From positions 7,778,407-7,842,406 of the forward strand of contig MU058584.1 in the NCBI GenBank assembly GCA_013265495.1: 64,000 bases of DNA. The letters are read 5' to 3'. The position numbers and the translations under genes were made by a program. This DNA is from Vicugna vicugna. Taxonomy: Eukaryota. Shown here in pieces: positions 53,001 to 64,000 of the stretch (the first letter of the stretch is position 1; the number at the start of each line of letters is the position of its first letter). The notes beneath the pieces were generated by a model. The model was not told where the DNA came from, searched no databases, and saw only the letters and a program-made list of their open reading frames with translations.

Positions 53001-56000
53001 TTTTAGGAATACAAAAATAATTAAAAATGGAATAAATGTCCTTGCATAAATTATTCCAATTAAGGAAGAAAATTATGAATTGAATTGTATGCCCTTCCCA
53101 ATTACATTTCTTCTCTCCATTTCAGCTATAACCACTGCCTTGACTTTGGTTTTTTTTTACATTTTAGAGTATGTTTTAAAACTGTTCCCAAATAATCATT
53201 GCTGTAAATAATACATACTGTTATTCAACATATTTTAAAACAATATAAAATAGTATCATTCTTAAGTATCATTTTGCTCAAGTTGTATTTGTGTTTTATC
53301 TATTCATTGTTTTCTCCGTTGCATTCCATTCTACCACAATTTATCCATTCTTCAATGAATGGATATTTAGATTATTTCTAATCTTTTGATGTTACAAACG
53401 ATGCTGCAATACGTATTCTTATGCACATTTTCTTATGTGTTTTCACTGATAATTTATACATAGGACTGAAATTATTGGGCCATAGATTGTGCACATCTAT
53501 TTAATATTGCTAAGTGTTAAACTCCCTTTAGCAGTTTACTAGAATGTCCTGTGGCTCAACAGACTGTCACACTTCACCCTCCATCAGATTGATATAACTT
53601 ATTTAGTATCTTTAGTTTTCATTTGTATTCCCTGATTATACTGAGAGTAAGCATTTTGTATTTTTCTCTTTGCTCAATTTATTGTTCCTTCCCCACTCTC
53701 TCCCATTAGTGATTTCTAGGCAGTCTTCATAATTGGTGATAATCTTTTATTGGCTAAATGTGTTGCAGGTATTTCTGTCTGTAGCTTATTGAACCATGTA
53801 GTTCACGGGTCTTTTGATATATTTAATTTTTTTCTTCTAATTTTATTGAGATATAACTGACATACAGCACTGTATAAGTTTAAGATGTGCAGTATAATGA
53901 TTTGACTTACATACATCATGAAATATCTACCACAAATTTACTGAATATCACCATCTCATGTAGATATAAAATGCAAGAAAGAAAAAAAAATTTTCTTATG
54001 ATGAAACTCTTAGGATTTATTCTTAATAACATCCATATATAACATACAATGTTAATTATATTTCTCATGTTGTACATTACGATCATAGTGCTTCTTATAA
54101 CTGAAAGTTTGAACTTTTTGACCACCTTCATCCAGTTCCCCCTCCCTTCATCCTTGCCTCTGATAACCAGAAATCTGATTTCTTTCTATGATTTTGTTTC
54201 CCTGTTTGTTTGTTTTTGAAATATAATTGACTCACAACCCTATGTTAGTTCCGGTGCACAGCATAGTAATTCAATTTTCTGCACGTTACAAGCTGGTCAC
54301 CACAATAAGTCTGTTTACCATCTGTTATCATACAAAGATATTACAATGTTATTAACTATATTCCTCATGCTATAATTCATACCTGAGACTCATTCGTTTT
54401 CTAACTGGAAATTTGTACCTTTTCATCTCCCTCAGCTCTCTTTCTTCCTTCTGCCCCTTCCCCTCTGGCAACCACCTGTTTGTTCTCTGTACCAGTGAGT
54501 CATTTTCCATTTTGTTAAGTGTGTTCAATTGTTTTGTTTTTCAGTTTGCACATATAAATGAAATTGTGTGGTATTTGTCTTTCTTTTTTTGACTTGTTTC
54601 ATTTAGCATAATATTTCCTAGGTCCATCCATGTTGTCACAAATGACAAGATTTCATTCTTTTTCATGGCCAAGTAATAGTCCATTACATATCACATCTTC
54701 TTTATCCATTCATTTACAGATGGGGACTTAGGTTGCTTCCATATCTTGCCTGTTGTGAATAATGCTGCTGTGAACTTAGGGGAGTGTACATCTTTTCGAA
54801 TTAGTGTTTTTGATTTCTTTGGAAAAATACCCAGAAGTAAAATTGCTGGATCATACCGTAGTTCTACTTAAACATTTTTGAGGAAACATCATACTGTTTC
54901 CCATAGTGGCTGCAACAATTTACATTCCAGGGAAAAGTACATGAAGATTCTGTTTAATTTTTAATTTTAATCTAGCCAAATGTGTCAGCCTTTCAAAAAC
55001 TGATTCATTCTTTCCTCATCTTGTTGAACCCTTTTATAGCCTGAATCATGAAGATGTTTTCCTATATTTTCTTTAAAGCTTTGCTTTTCATACTTAGGTT
55101 TAAATCCACCTCAAAATTTTTATGTAAATAGTATTTCTTGGTAAGGGTTTTGTAGAAACAGTATACTACATCCAAAATTAGTTAGCTTCCTTTAATGTAT
55201 ATATTATTTTAATGTAGATTTTAAGTTGGATGCACTACAATTATAGGACTTACTGTACAGTTTTTGTATGGGTAATTGTTGGCTTAGGACATAATACAGT
55301 TTTTTTTTTTTTACACCTCATGCTAATATTGCTAACATGTGAAGGGATTCATCCTGTGGTGCTTAGATAGAAGACTTTAATTCTTTCAAGAAAAACTCAG
55401 CTTTTAAGTAAACTGAAACTTTTCTTTTTATGTTTTTTTTCCTCAAAATCCTATCATTCGTTATAAAGTTGGACTTGAATTTCAGAAATATTTGTATTTA
55501 CTATTAGAATTTATTACTGTCTTCACTGTATTCTTTGAAATCTGTTTATTTTTGGCATCTCTTTCAGAGTTCTGATTATACAAAACCAGGAGAAATTGAC
55601 CCTACATCTGTAACAAATCCCAAAGACCCAGAAGATATACCAACATTCGATGAATGGAAGAAGAAAGTTATGGAAGTAGAAAAGGAAAAAAGTAAGGAAG
55701 TACTGGTTTGTTTTTTTTTTAAGGACTGGTTTAAATATGCATTTCTCATTTTAATTGGTAAAATAAAATAAAACTTTTGAAAACTTATTTCAGAGTGAAA
55801 CTTACCAAGTTGTTTTTGACTACCCACATGCAATTTACCTGTGTATAATTATATACTATCTTAATCCTAATTAAAATCCATTATTGTAAATTATTAAACG
55901 AGGCTAGAATAAAGTAGGCAGTGATTTTCATCTCAGTTTATACAAGGAAGTTGAGACATGGAAAGTTCTCAGTCATAAAGCTTTAAACTGTGAGTAGAAT

Positions 56001-56344
56001 TGGACTAAAGTATTAAACTTTCTTTTTGTTGTTGTAAAGTTAGTCTCAGGGTTAAAAATTATTACTGGGGTTAGAGATAAAAGGATAGCATTTATCCTTA
56101 ATAGAATAAAATGTTTATGCAAACAGTTTTGATTCTTAGGAGTAAGCTTCACATTGTGAATCCACATTACTTGATGTGTGTAATTTTTGTAGATAATTTG
56201 TCTATTAGGGATATTTTAAAGCTGTTGTGAAGCATTTTGAATTTTTTGCAGGTTTTTAAAATACTCGCTTAAGTATTAAAACCTGTTCTCTAGATGCAGC
56301 CTGTTGATCCTGAGATTTTTGCTGTGGGTATTTTCAATCATAAT

Positions 56345-56390
<46 letters not shown>

Positions 56391-59300
56391 TTATGTCTGC
56401 AGGTCAGTCAATGCATCCATCTTCTAATGGAGGTCTCCATGCCACAAAAAAGGTCCAGAAAAATCGAAATAATTATGCTTCAGTAGAATGTGGTGCCAAA
56501 ATTTTGGCTGCTAACCCGGAAGCCAAGGTACTTAATTGTAAAATTCTTCTGTACTTGCGGGAAACTAGTGAGTTTATTAAATATAAGCAGTGGTTTTCCG
56601 GGAACTGTATTTTAACATGAGCTCTTTTCCTAATTCACTAGTAAGTGCAGGATTATGCTTTTAAACACATTTTCTTGCATGGATTCTTAGTATATTGGTT
56701 GCTACATCACACCCTGTTTTTTCTTTTTTTTCTTTTTAAGACTTGATTATTTTTTTTTAGAGCAGTTGTTGGTTCACAGTTCACAGTAAAATTGAGAGAA
56801 AAGGTTCAGAGATTTCTCTTACATACCCTCTGTCTTCCTACGCGTTAGCCTCCTCCATTGTCAGCATCCCTCACCAAAGTGGTGTGTTTGTTTCAGTTGA
56901 TGACTTTATAGTGACATACTGTTATCACTTGAAGTTTATAGTGAGTTCACTGTAGCTCATATTAGAGTTCACTCTTGTACATTCTGTGGATTTGGACAAA
57001 TGTATAGTGAATGACATGTATCCACTATTACAGTATCTACAAAGTATTTTTACTGCCCTAAAAATCTTCTGGGCTCTACCTATTCACTTGTTCCTCCCCA
57101 CAACTTTTGGCATCCACTGACATTTTTACTGTCTCCATAGTTTTACCTTTTCCAGGATGTCATATAGTTGTAATCATACCATATGTAACCTTTTCAGATT
57201 GGCTTCTTTCACTTAGTAATAGGCATTTAAGTTTCATCCATGTCTTTTCATGGCTTTCTAGCTCATTTCCTTTTAGTGCTGAATAAAATCCTATTGTTTG
57301 AATGTATCACAGTTTATTTATTTGTTCACTACTGAAGGGCATGTACTCTGTTTTTAAACTTTTAAAATCTCTGTGGAATTTTAAAAAAGGAATGCCTAAT
57401 AGAAAAATCATTTTTCCTCTGTAGGAACAGACATTTAATTTTAAATGTTTTGTTATAAGGCTAACTTAGCACACTATAGACATTACTGGTAAATCTTAAG
57501 ACGCTTTCGTGCTTTATTCCCAAATGAATGTTTCAGAGTCTTAGGTATATTTTAAGATCTAAAAATATAGAAAACCTAGAAAGCTTGAGAGTTGAAAAAA
57601 ATATTTTTTCTTAAGTAATTTTTTCCCTTCCTCCTTTTTACAATAGAGCACATCTGCTATTCTTATAGAAAATATGGATCTTTATATGTTGAATCCTTGC
57701 AGCACTAAAATTTGGTAAGTAATAAAAAATTTAAAAATGCGCACTCTGTATACGTATGTATTACATTAAGGTTTTATGTTGGGGTTAGATTTATTTTTTT
57801 TCATATAGTCACTTAATAAGCATTTATGATAGGATTGGTACTGGTCTTGTACTTACCTTGGGTCCTGGGATACAAACTTGAAGACAAAAAATGGTTTCCC
57901 TTTAAGGATGTCACACAACAAAATTGACAGATCTGTTAAACAATTATCAAATAGTATAAACAGTATTGTTGAAAAGATATTATAGGAACAGAGGTGAGAT
58001 GTAACTGCAAAATAGAATGAGAAACAGCTTGCTAGAAGAAATAATTCATGAGCTGAATCTTGAAGGATGAATTCCTTGAATTCATAGGAAGTCACAGATG
58101 AGGGAGGCAGAGGTATTCAAGGACTGTAAGAGTAAGGGGACGGTGCTAAAAGGAGCATATTTCTTCTGGGCAACTATAAGTAGAAGCAACCTGAAGAAGT
58201 TATTTTAGTGATGACAGGAATAGAGGTACAATTAGAGTAATAATCATGGAAGATGAGACAGGAGAGTCAGGTAAGCAATGAGCAGGCCATTCAGTGCTAT
58301 GTATACCCAGCTTAAAAGCTTTTTAAGTTTATCTTAAATACTGTGGAGGGTAGTGTTTATTTTAAGTAAGCTAATGACATGATCTCACTGGCATTTTAGG
58401 AATGCTTGTCCTGAAAAGATGACTTGGAAGCAGGGAAACCAGTTAGGAACCTGTCGTCATAGCTCAGGCGAGAAATGAGGGCTTTAAGTCATTGGCAGTT
58501 TGGATACAGAAGAGAGGGGAATGTGAAAGATCTATATAGCAGATAAAATTGACAGTTCTTGATTAGCAATTGGATGTTAAGAAGAGAGAGGCTTCTGGGA
58601 AATCTCCCAGGATTTTTGCTTCGTTACTTGAATCTGCGATTCTGTCATTAAGGATATAGGCAAAGGAACTGATTTATGGGAGAAATGTATGATGTACCAA
58701 CAGTTTTATTAGATTACTTGATTTCGTTGCTCAAAAACAGCTGTTTTAAAAAAGAATTGAGGTAAATCACCATCATATTGATCAACTAATATAAATATAT
58801 GCTTTAATTTAAAGAGAAATTCTTTAAATTTTAAGATAATACTTATTCTTTTCTACTTTTGGCTTTCATTCCTTTTGTTAATATGCATAGTTAAGTTCAG
58901 TTTGAAAATTAACACCAAACTATTTAAGGGCATTAAGAGATAATATTAAAAAACTTAATTTTTCCATGTGCCCACTTGGTCTGTAAATTGAATTTGAGGA
59001 AATGGTTATCAGAGATCATAATCAAAATGTTATTTTGGGGGTTTTTGTTTGTAAAAGCCCTTACAGTCAGTAACAACTCAATTTTTATGCTCCAAAATTT
59101 TGTATTTCAAGCAAAAACATGCTGGGATGAAGTTATATGGAGCATTTTGTTTTCTTCTGGTTTACAGAATAAGTGCTCATAGCTACCCATTTGTAGTTTA
59201 ATGTTTCTGCAGACAGCATGTATTTGTGTATGTGTTTACTGTATATTTTACTTTCTGCTCATCTGTTTATGCGTCTTTTGATTGTATAATTAAAGAACCT

Positions 59301-62300
59301 CAGAACACCTTTAACTGGTTTCACCTGATTTGAGTTGGTTGACCCATCTAACATGTCTTAAGACCACACAGTCTCACTATAGCTTTATAATTCTTAATAT
59401 CTGGTAGAATAAGTTTATACCTCATCTTCAGAGTATCTTTACTATTCTTATCCCTTTGTTTTTTCTTTAAATATTAGAATCATCTTGTTGAGTTCTAAAA
59501 AAAAATCATACTGGCATTTTTATTGGAATTGTATCAAATGTTAGGTGAATTTCAGGATAGTTGACATTTTAGGATCTTCAGTCATATTGTTCATTTGTTA
59601 GTTTGTCCATTTGTTCATTTATTCACTTATTTCTTCCTTCCTTCTTTCCTTCATTCTTTTGAAGTTTATTGAGCACTTGTTACATGATGTTGCTGGTACT
59701 GAAAATGACATTGTTTCCCAAATTAGGCTGACATCTCTGCTGCTTTGGAGCTTTTATTCTAGAAAGATGTGAATCCCTAATCACTAATGAGATTAAATAT
59801 ATTTTCATGTACCAGTTTTTTCTTTTCTCTGAGATTCTTGTCTTTTCCTATATTTTCTGTTGATATATTAGTTTTTTTCCTCATTGTTTAGTAGGAGTCT
59901 CGATAGGACTTAGCAGTATATTTTATAGAATGGTTGCAATATGACAGTTTGTCTTTACTCTGGATAGGACATATAAATTATATATGTTGCAGATATTTCT
60001 CCAGTTTGTGAATTGCCCTTTCAACTCCTTAAGTGTGTTTTGGTGGATAGAAACTTCTATTATTTTTATTTTTGCTTTTATTTCCTTTATTTTAGGAAAT
60101 GGATTAAAAAACATATTGCTGCAATTTATATTAGAGAGTGTTCCACTTATATTTTCCCCTAGAAGTTTTATATTGTCTGGTCTTCCATTTAGGTGTTAAA
60201 TCCATTTTGAGTTTATTTTTGTATATTGTGTTAGAGAATGTTCTAATTTCATTCCTTTCCATGTAGCTGTCTGGTTTTCCTAGCACCACATATTGAAGAG
60301 ACTTTCTTTTCTCCATTGTATATTCTTGCCTCCTTTGTTGTAGATTAATTGACCATAACTGCATGGGTTTATTTCTGGGCTCTCTGTCCTGTTCCATTGA
60401 CCTACATGTCTTTTTCTGGTGCTAATACCATAATGTTCTGATGACTGTAGCTTTGTAGTATAGTCTGAAGTCAGGGAGCATGCTTCCTTCAGCTCTGTTC
60501 CTCTCTTCCTCAAGATTGTTTTGGCTATTCAGAGTCTTTTGTGTTTCCATACAAATTTTTAAAGTATTTGTTCTAGTTCTATGGAAAATGCCATTGGTAT
60601 TTTGATGGAGATTGCATTTAATCTGTAGATTGCCTTGGGTAGTATGGTCATATCATCTAAACTTTGATACATGGTATTTTATCAGACTACTCTTACGTTT
60701 AGATTACTTCACTGAGCTTTTAAAGTTCCTGACCTATAAATAATTAAGAGAAGTATATTGAAATTGCATTTGTCAGCTTTTATATGTAGTTCTGTTAATT
60801 TGCATACAGTGTTCTCTGCTCCTAGGAAACATAAAAGATGAGGCGGAAAGATGAAAGAGCATTTTAAAATCAACTTTCATGAGGAGTAATTATATATGTA
60901 CTAATATTTTATGTATTATAGGTCTATTTATTAGTTTTATACAGATTTTAGAATTGTGAAATCTTTTTGGTGAATTGACTTTTTATACCTGGTAATACAT
61001 TTGCCTGAAAGCTTATTTTAACTGATAGTAATATAGCTCCTGTCTTCTTAGAAATTGAAAATATTGTATACAAAAAAGGAGGTAGGGGAGAATTAGCTTT
61101 TTCTTCCTAAAACTCTTTTAGATGTATATTCCCCATTTTAAATAAAAAGCAAAGTTTGAATCTGATTTTCTTTAGTTCCTCTCCTCAGGGTGTTGTGGAA
61201 ATGGACAGTGTTTAGGCTTTAGAGCCAGATAGATGTGTGTTTTGACTTTTAGCTTTACTATTTATTGGCTAAATGGCTATTAGTTAGGGCTTTTGACTCT
61301 GCTGCTTTAACAGAGACCAAATAACCATGATTTAAATAAGATAGATATTTAACTTTCTCTGACATAAAAACTCACGTTGGTGCAGGGGTGTAACAGAGAA
61401 CGATTAAAGGACCCACACAACTTCTGTCATGTTTTTTGCCACCCCTATTATGTTGTCCCTATGTGCATTGCTGAGATGATTTATTCTAACCACATCCTTA
61501 TTCTAGCCTGTAAGGTCGGAGAAAGCAGATGGAGAGGTAGCAGCTTCCTTGTAAAAACTTGACCTAGAAGTTGCACTGGACACTTCTCACATCCCATCAC
61601 TCAGAACTAAGTTACGTGCCGAAACTGGGGAACACAATTTTTGATGGGTGGCCATATACCCAGCTACAACTTTGAAGGGGGCACGTTCTGTTACCAAAAA
61701 GGCAGAAGGGAAAAATGTGAAGTAACCAATTATTGATTTTTGAATGATTCTGTAAAATGGAGATAATATCCTCTGCAGTTTGGCTGTAAGAATTAAATCA
61801 AAGGATGGATATAAATCATGTAACAGGGTATCTGACCCAGAGTAAGCATTCAACAAATGTTTGCTTCATGAGCTTTTCTCTGAATCCTGGCTTTTACTTA
61901 CTTTTTCCTGGAACTCTGTTCTGTTGCTCTCCAAAATTAACACAGTATATTAATTTTAATGCTTTTGATTTATTTAGCATTTAATTGTCAGTGTATATAA
62001 TCTCATTTGATATAGTCTATTAAAGTATTAATTAGAGTGCTGGATGTCATGACTATTTCTTTTCTCCAAATGCCATACTATATGCAGCTTTATTTTACAC
62101 CATACTTTAATTTTTTCCTAAATAGCAATATTTTGTGGCATCTTTTCATATCCATAAATGTATATACCAAGTATCATTTTTTTCACACACAAACCCATAA
62201 TAACCCCTTTTTTCCTCCCCTACCCCTGTTGCCCCTCGCCCCTTCCCTCTCCCCACTGGTAACCACCAGTTTGTTCTCTGTATCTGTGAGTCTGCTTCTT

Positions 62301-63289
62301 TTTTTGTTTTATTTACTAGTTTGTTATATTTTGAAAACAGCTTTATTGGGGTGTAATTGACATACAATAAGCAACATGTCAAAGTGTACAATTTGGTTAG
62401 TTTTGATGTTTATATATCTAGGAAACGATCACCACAATAAAGATAATGAACATATCCATCTCCCCCCAAAATTTCCTCACGCCCCTTTGTAGTTTTTCCT
62501 CTCAACCCTCACCCCCAGAGCAGTTAGAGATCTGTTTTCTATCACTATACTTTAGTTTATATTTTCTAGTTTTTTATGTAAGTGAAATGTACAGTTTCTA
62601 ATGCCATTTTTAATAGCTGTTTGGTATTTCATTGTCTAGGCGGGAATATAATTTGTTAATCAATCCTCCATGCTAAACATTTAGGTTGGCTTTTTCCCCC
62701 CTGCTCTTATACACTTTACTTTGCTATATTAAGATGTATATATAAGGATGATCATTTGGAACCATTTGTTCTTAGATTAAATTTCTGAAAGTATTTTGCT
62801 GAATTAAAGGCTGTGATACCTTTGAGACAATATGGCCAAACTGCCCTTTAGTCAGATTACACTCTTACTAGCTAGCTGTTCTTAGTCAAGTCATTACTTC
62901 TCTAAGAATGAGCTTTGTCATTAAAAATAAAGCTTTGTCTTTTAAAAATATTTTGTAGGACAAAATCAGTATCTTGTTTTATTTTCCCCACTAATGATAT
63001 GCTTGAGAAGTATACTTAGGGTGTTCCTTATGTATATGTAACTAAGGCTACAAATCCTCTTCCTTACATTTTTAATGAGTAACTTAATGGAACTCTAGTT
63101 TATGTAAGCTGTTAATGTCATGTTTAATATGAACTGTTATATATGGTTTATCTAAATAATTGCCCTGTGTTCTTTTTAAAGGTTTGTTATTGAACTCTGT
63201 GAACCAATTCAAGTAAAACAGTTTGATATTGCAAATTATGAATTATTTTCTTCTACTCCTAAAGACTTTCTGGTTTCTATCAGTGACAG
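26792..63289 (+). CDS. SUCO: SUCO, 5' part, spliced CDS join(26792..26853,46395..46503,48162..48272,50345..50499,51465..51602,51830..51980,55568..55691,56403..56527,57647..57714,63182..63289); 3'-incomplete
   Basis: The spliced translation [34 protein letters not shown]...[19 protein letters not shown]...[80 protein letters not shown] matches mammalian SUCO as I recall it. All junctions are GT-AG. Exon lengths 62/109/111/155/138/151/124/125/68/108 keep one open frame. Confidence 0.97.
28270..28530 (-). mobile_element. L1 3'-end fragment
   Basis: Poly-T followed by ttcaggtgtacaacatgttgatttgatac, typical of an L1M 3'UTR read antisense. Confidence 0.7.
29495..29945. mobile_element. Two head-to-head MIR fragments
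   Basis: aagttaagtaacttggctaaggt (minus) and cttgggcaagtt...cacctcacaggtttgttaggaagataa (plus). Confidence 0.6.
30047..30607. mobile_element. MER81-like hAT element interrupted by a MaLR LTR
   Basis: Left half ttttagcagtgaaagtcccacatcccagg; right half gtcctggcaaactaggatg...tcaccctta. Confidence 0.6.
30105..30562 (-). mobile_element. MLT1 (MaLR) solo LTR
   Basis: tgtattagtttcctattgctgctgtaacaagttaccaaaaatttagtggcttaaaacaacac; 5-bp flanks TGCCC / TACCC. Confidence 0.85.
32390..32610 (+). mobile_element. L1 3'UTR end (L1MA-like)
   Basis: aacatggtgactata...tttgaaaattgctaagagagtagatcttaaaag...caatgttgtatgtca. Confidence 0.8.
33660..34205 (+). mobile_element. L1 ORF2 fragments (ORF2 C-terminal piece, then mid-ORF2 piece)
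   Basis: Translates to L1 ORF2-like [11 protein letters not shown] and [28 protein letters not shown]...[14 protein letters not shown]; 33660-33843 matches the ORF2 end. Confidence 0.88.
34240..36185 (-). mobile_element. L1 5'UTR plus decayed ORF1
   Basis: Minus strand begins ...gtcaagatggcacggtggtaggac (L1 5' end); ORF1 start [11 protein letters not shown] at 35093; ORF1 3' motifs (gctgaaaaatcagctgataaccttatggg on the + strand). Confidence 0.85.
35087..35176 (+). repeat. 46-bp tandem duplication (2 copies)
   Basis: gcctcatattgYctgtctttStatttgtatYtttaggtaagtta starting at 35087 and at 35133. Confidence 0.9.
36790..37005 (-). mobile_element. MIR SINE
   Basis: ctaagtgctttatgtac...aagatgaagaaa...gaagttaaccatcttgcctaaggtc. 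Confidence 0.6.
37487..37533. repeat. Compound (TG)/(CG) microsatellite
   Basis: 47 bp of uninterrupted purine-pyrimidine alternation. Confidence 0.85.
38900..39036 (+). mobile_element. MER2/Tigger-like fragment
   Basis: ggttggttgaatctgaggatgtggagggc...ggattttggtatctacagagggtcctggaacca. Confidence 0.65.
40570..41080 (-). mobile_element. L1M 3' fragment
   Basis: aattgaaataatttacatacagtgaaatgcac...ggcttctttcactcagtataatg...ctgggctgtgtccagtttttggc. Confidence 0.78.
41115..41672 (+). mobile_element. L1MC-like 3'UTR fragment
   Basis: ccctgagaaggacaca...cataacctgaatct...ttcaaaaatgtcaatg...gaaattacttccaaataaaaag. Confidence 0.7.
43300..43675 (-). mobile_element. MLT2 LTR (partial)
   Basis: gtattagggttcttcagaaaaacagaaccaataagatat...ctgagtccactgattcaagtactaatctcatc. 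Confidence 0.8.
43972..44011. repeat. Compound (CG)/(CA) microsatellite
   Basis: tgcgcgcgcacacgcacaca... Confidence 0.85.
44400..44950 (-). mobile_element. HAL1/old L1-like fragment
   Basis: Shares segments (cataatttgggttaga...atattcacagctgag...ctcttccagagcttctga) with 17640-17990. Confidence 0.5.
46395..46503 (+). CDS. SUCO: SUCO exon 2 ([36 protein letters not shown])
   Basis: Acceptor ttttacag|G completes the Trp codon; donor AAG|GTACCT; 109 nt. Confidence 0.95.
48162..48272 (+). CDS. SUCO: SUCO exon 3 ([37 protein letters not shown]), symmetric phase 0/0
   Basis: Pyrimidine tract then tag|GAT; donor CAA|GTAAGC; 111 nt, open frame. Confidence 0.9.
49195..49385 (+). mobile_element. MER33/MER3-like hAT fragment
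   Basis: ctgtgctgttcagtacagtagccactagctacgtgtggctgctgagcactggaaatgtgg. Confidence 0.75.
50345..50499 (+). CDS. SUCO: SUCO exon 4 ([51 protein letters not shown])
   Basis: Acceptor ttttttataaacag|AAT; donor GA|GTAAGT; 155 nt; NIS sequon. Confidence 0.93.
51465..51602 (+). CDS. SUCO: SUCO exon 5 ([45 protein letters not shown])
   Basis: Acceptor tttctgtttttag|T; donor AG|GTTGGT; 138 nt, phase 2/2. Confidence 0.93.
51830..51980 (+). CDS. SUCO: SUCO exon 6 ([50 protein letters not shown])
   Basis: Acceptor ttcaaatag|C; donor GAG|GTAGGT; 151 nt; NVS and NAS sequons. Confidence 0.94.
53828..54945 (-). mobile_element. L1 3'-end fragments (two adjacent 3'UTRs plus ORF2 end)
   Basis: ttttattgagatataactgacata...; ttgaaatataattgac...; catttagcataat...gtccatccatgttgtcacaaatgacaagatttcattc; ccatagtggctgcaacaatttacattcc. 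Confidence 0.85.
55568..55691 (+). CDS. SUCO: SUCO exon 7 ([41 protein letters not shown])
   Basis: Acceptor tctctttcag|AGT; donor A|GTAAGG; 124 nt; conserved pre-SUN 'FDEWKKK' motif. Confidence 0.95.
56349..56386. repeat. (AT)19 microsatellite next to the exon 8 acceptor
   Basis: Read directly; ends 16 nt before exon 8. Confidence 0.92.
56403..56527 (+). CDS. SUCO: SUCO exon 8 ([41 protein letters not shown])
   Basis: Acceptor tctgcag|GT; donor AAG|GTACTT; 125 nt; NYAS-x-x-CGAK motif that opens the mid-SUN domain. Confidence 0.95.
56735..57345 (-). mobile_element. L1M 3'UTR fragment
   Basis: ttttagagcagttg...aaaattgagagaaaagg...cttttcagattggcttctttcacttagtaat. Confidence 0.78.
57647..57714 (+). 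CDS. SUCO: SUCO exon 9 ([22 protein letters not shown])
   Basis: Long pyrimidine tract then caatag|AGC; donor TG|GTAAGT; 68 nt; SUN-domain YMLNPC motif. Confidence 0.95.
57900..58690 (-). mobile_element. L2 LINE fragment
   Basis: tgagctgaatcttgaaggatga...ggaagcagggaaaccagttagg...gcaattggatg. Confidence 0.6.
59975..60652 (-). mobile_element. L1 ORF2 fragment
   Basis: Minus-strand translation includes [39 protein letters not shown]; frameshifted. Confidence 0.9.
61278..61725. mobile_element. Old MaLR LTR inserted between MIR halves
   Basis: LTR-like segments (aaataagataga...cttctcacatcccatcactcagaact) flanked by MIR 5' (about 61200-61278) and MIR core ctgtaaaatggagataata (about 61750-61865). 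Confidence 0.55.
62205..62700 (-). mobile_element. L1 3'UTR fragments
   Basis: ctggtaaccaccagtttgttctctgtatctgtgagtctg; acagctttattggggtgtaattgacatacaataa. Confidence 0.7.
63182..63289 (+). CDS. SUCO: SUCO exon 10 ([35 protein letters not shown])
   Basis: Acceptor tctttttaaag|G; donor AG|GTAAAT; 108 nt; SUN-domain [14 protein letters not shown] motif. Confidence 0.95.
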
Positions 63290-63479
63290 GTAAATCCCAA
63301 AGCTGGTTTGTATAGTTTATGTTTGATCTCCAGAATACATTTTTAAAAATGGGTCACATTTTAAAACTTTAATTATTTTATCTTTTATTTTAATCAGTGT
63401 GTATCAATGTGTAAGAACAGTAATACTACTGCTGTAAGGTAGGTATTTATTAATCAGTTTACTTTTATTAAGTTATATG

Positions 63480-63650
63480 GTGCTTATAACAACCCTCTGA
63501 TATTGTTCCCTTATGAGATGGGGAAACAGACAAGGAGAGATTAAGCAGTTTGCCTAGGTCACATGACTTGTGAGTTGGAGAACCAAGATTCAAAAGTAGA
63601 TCTGTATGACTTTAAAGTCCTTACTTTTAATTATTATGTTCTATGGCTTC
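63480..63650 (-). mobile_element. MIR SINE
   Basis: agatggggaaacagac...ttaagcagtttgcctaggtcacat...gaaccaagattcaaa. Confidence 0.65.
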
Positions 63651-64000
63651 CAAACATTTCTTTGAAAAGTTATTAAAAACATGAGCATTTCATTTTGTAT
63701 CATGAGATATATTTTTGTAAAAGTATATTTAAAAAAAAACCTTGTTTTGTGTGTGTGTTGTTATAAAAGAAAGAAATACACGTTGTAAGGAATCTGGTAG
63801 AGAACCTCAATCCTATCAACCAAAGATAACTCGTAGCATTTTAATATATTCCTTCAGTCTTTTCTACATACTTATATAATTCTACCAGAAAATCAGTTTT
63901 TAATGTTTATATCTTGAAAACATCCTTTTGTGTTTTAAAGAACTCATTTTTAATGAGTACTTGAAGTTTTCCCCCCGGTGGAGGTGTTTATTCATTCCAT

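Overview
Mammalian genomic DNA, very likely a camelid: it carries three copies of a tRNA-derived SINE resembling vic-1. About 1-25.5 kb is repeat-rich intergenic sequence (MIR, L2, MLT1/MLT2 LTRs, hAT/MER elements, old L1/HAL1) with no supportable gene. A CpG-island promoter at about 25.5-27 kb drives SUCO (SUN domain-containing ossification factor, C1orf9/OPT) on the + strand. Coding exons 1-10 can be read by eye with GT-AG junctions and consistent phases (1151 nt, 383 codons plus 2 nt: signal peptide, acidic Ser-rich lumenal region, start of the SUN domain). The gene continues past the window end. I found no convincing novel protein system. The most interesting signals are regulatory: two Arg-rich uORFs (one ending in an AUGA overlap with the SUCO start), a tandem-duplicated AG|GTAAGT motif in intron 1 with recursive-splice/poison-exon geometry, three in-frame donors in exon 3, and microsatellites inside two splice acceptors. 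Repeat family names and comparisons with human SUCO come from recall, not database searches, and repeat boundaries are approximate.
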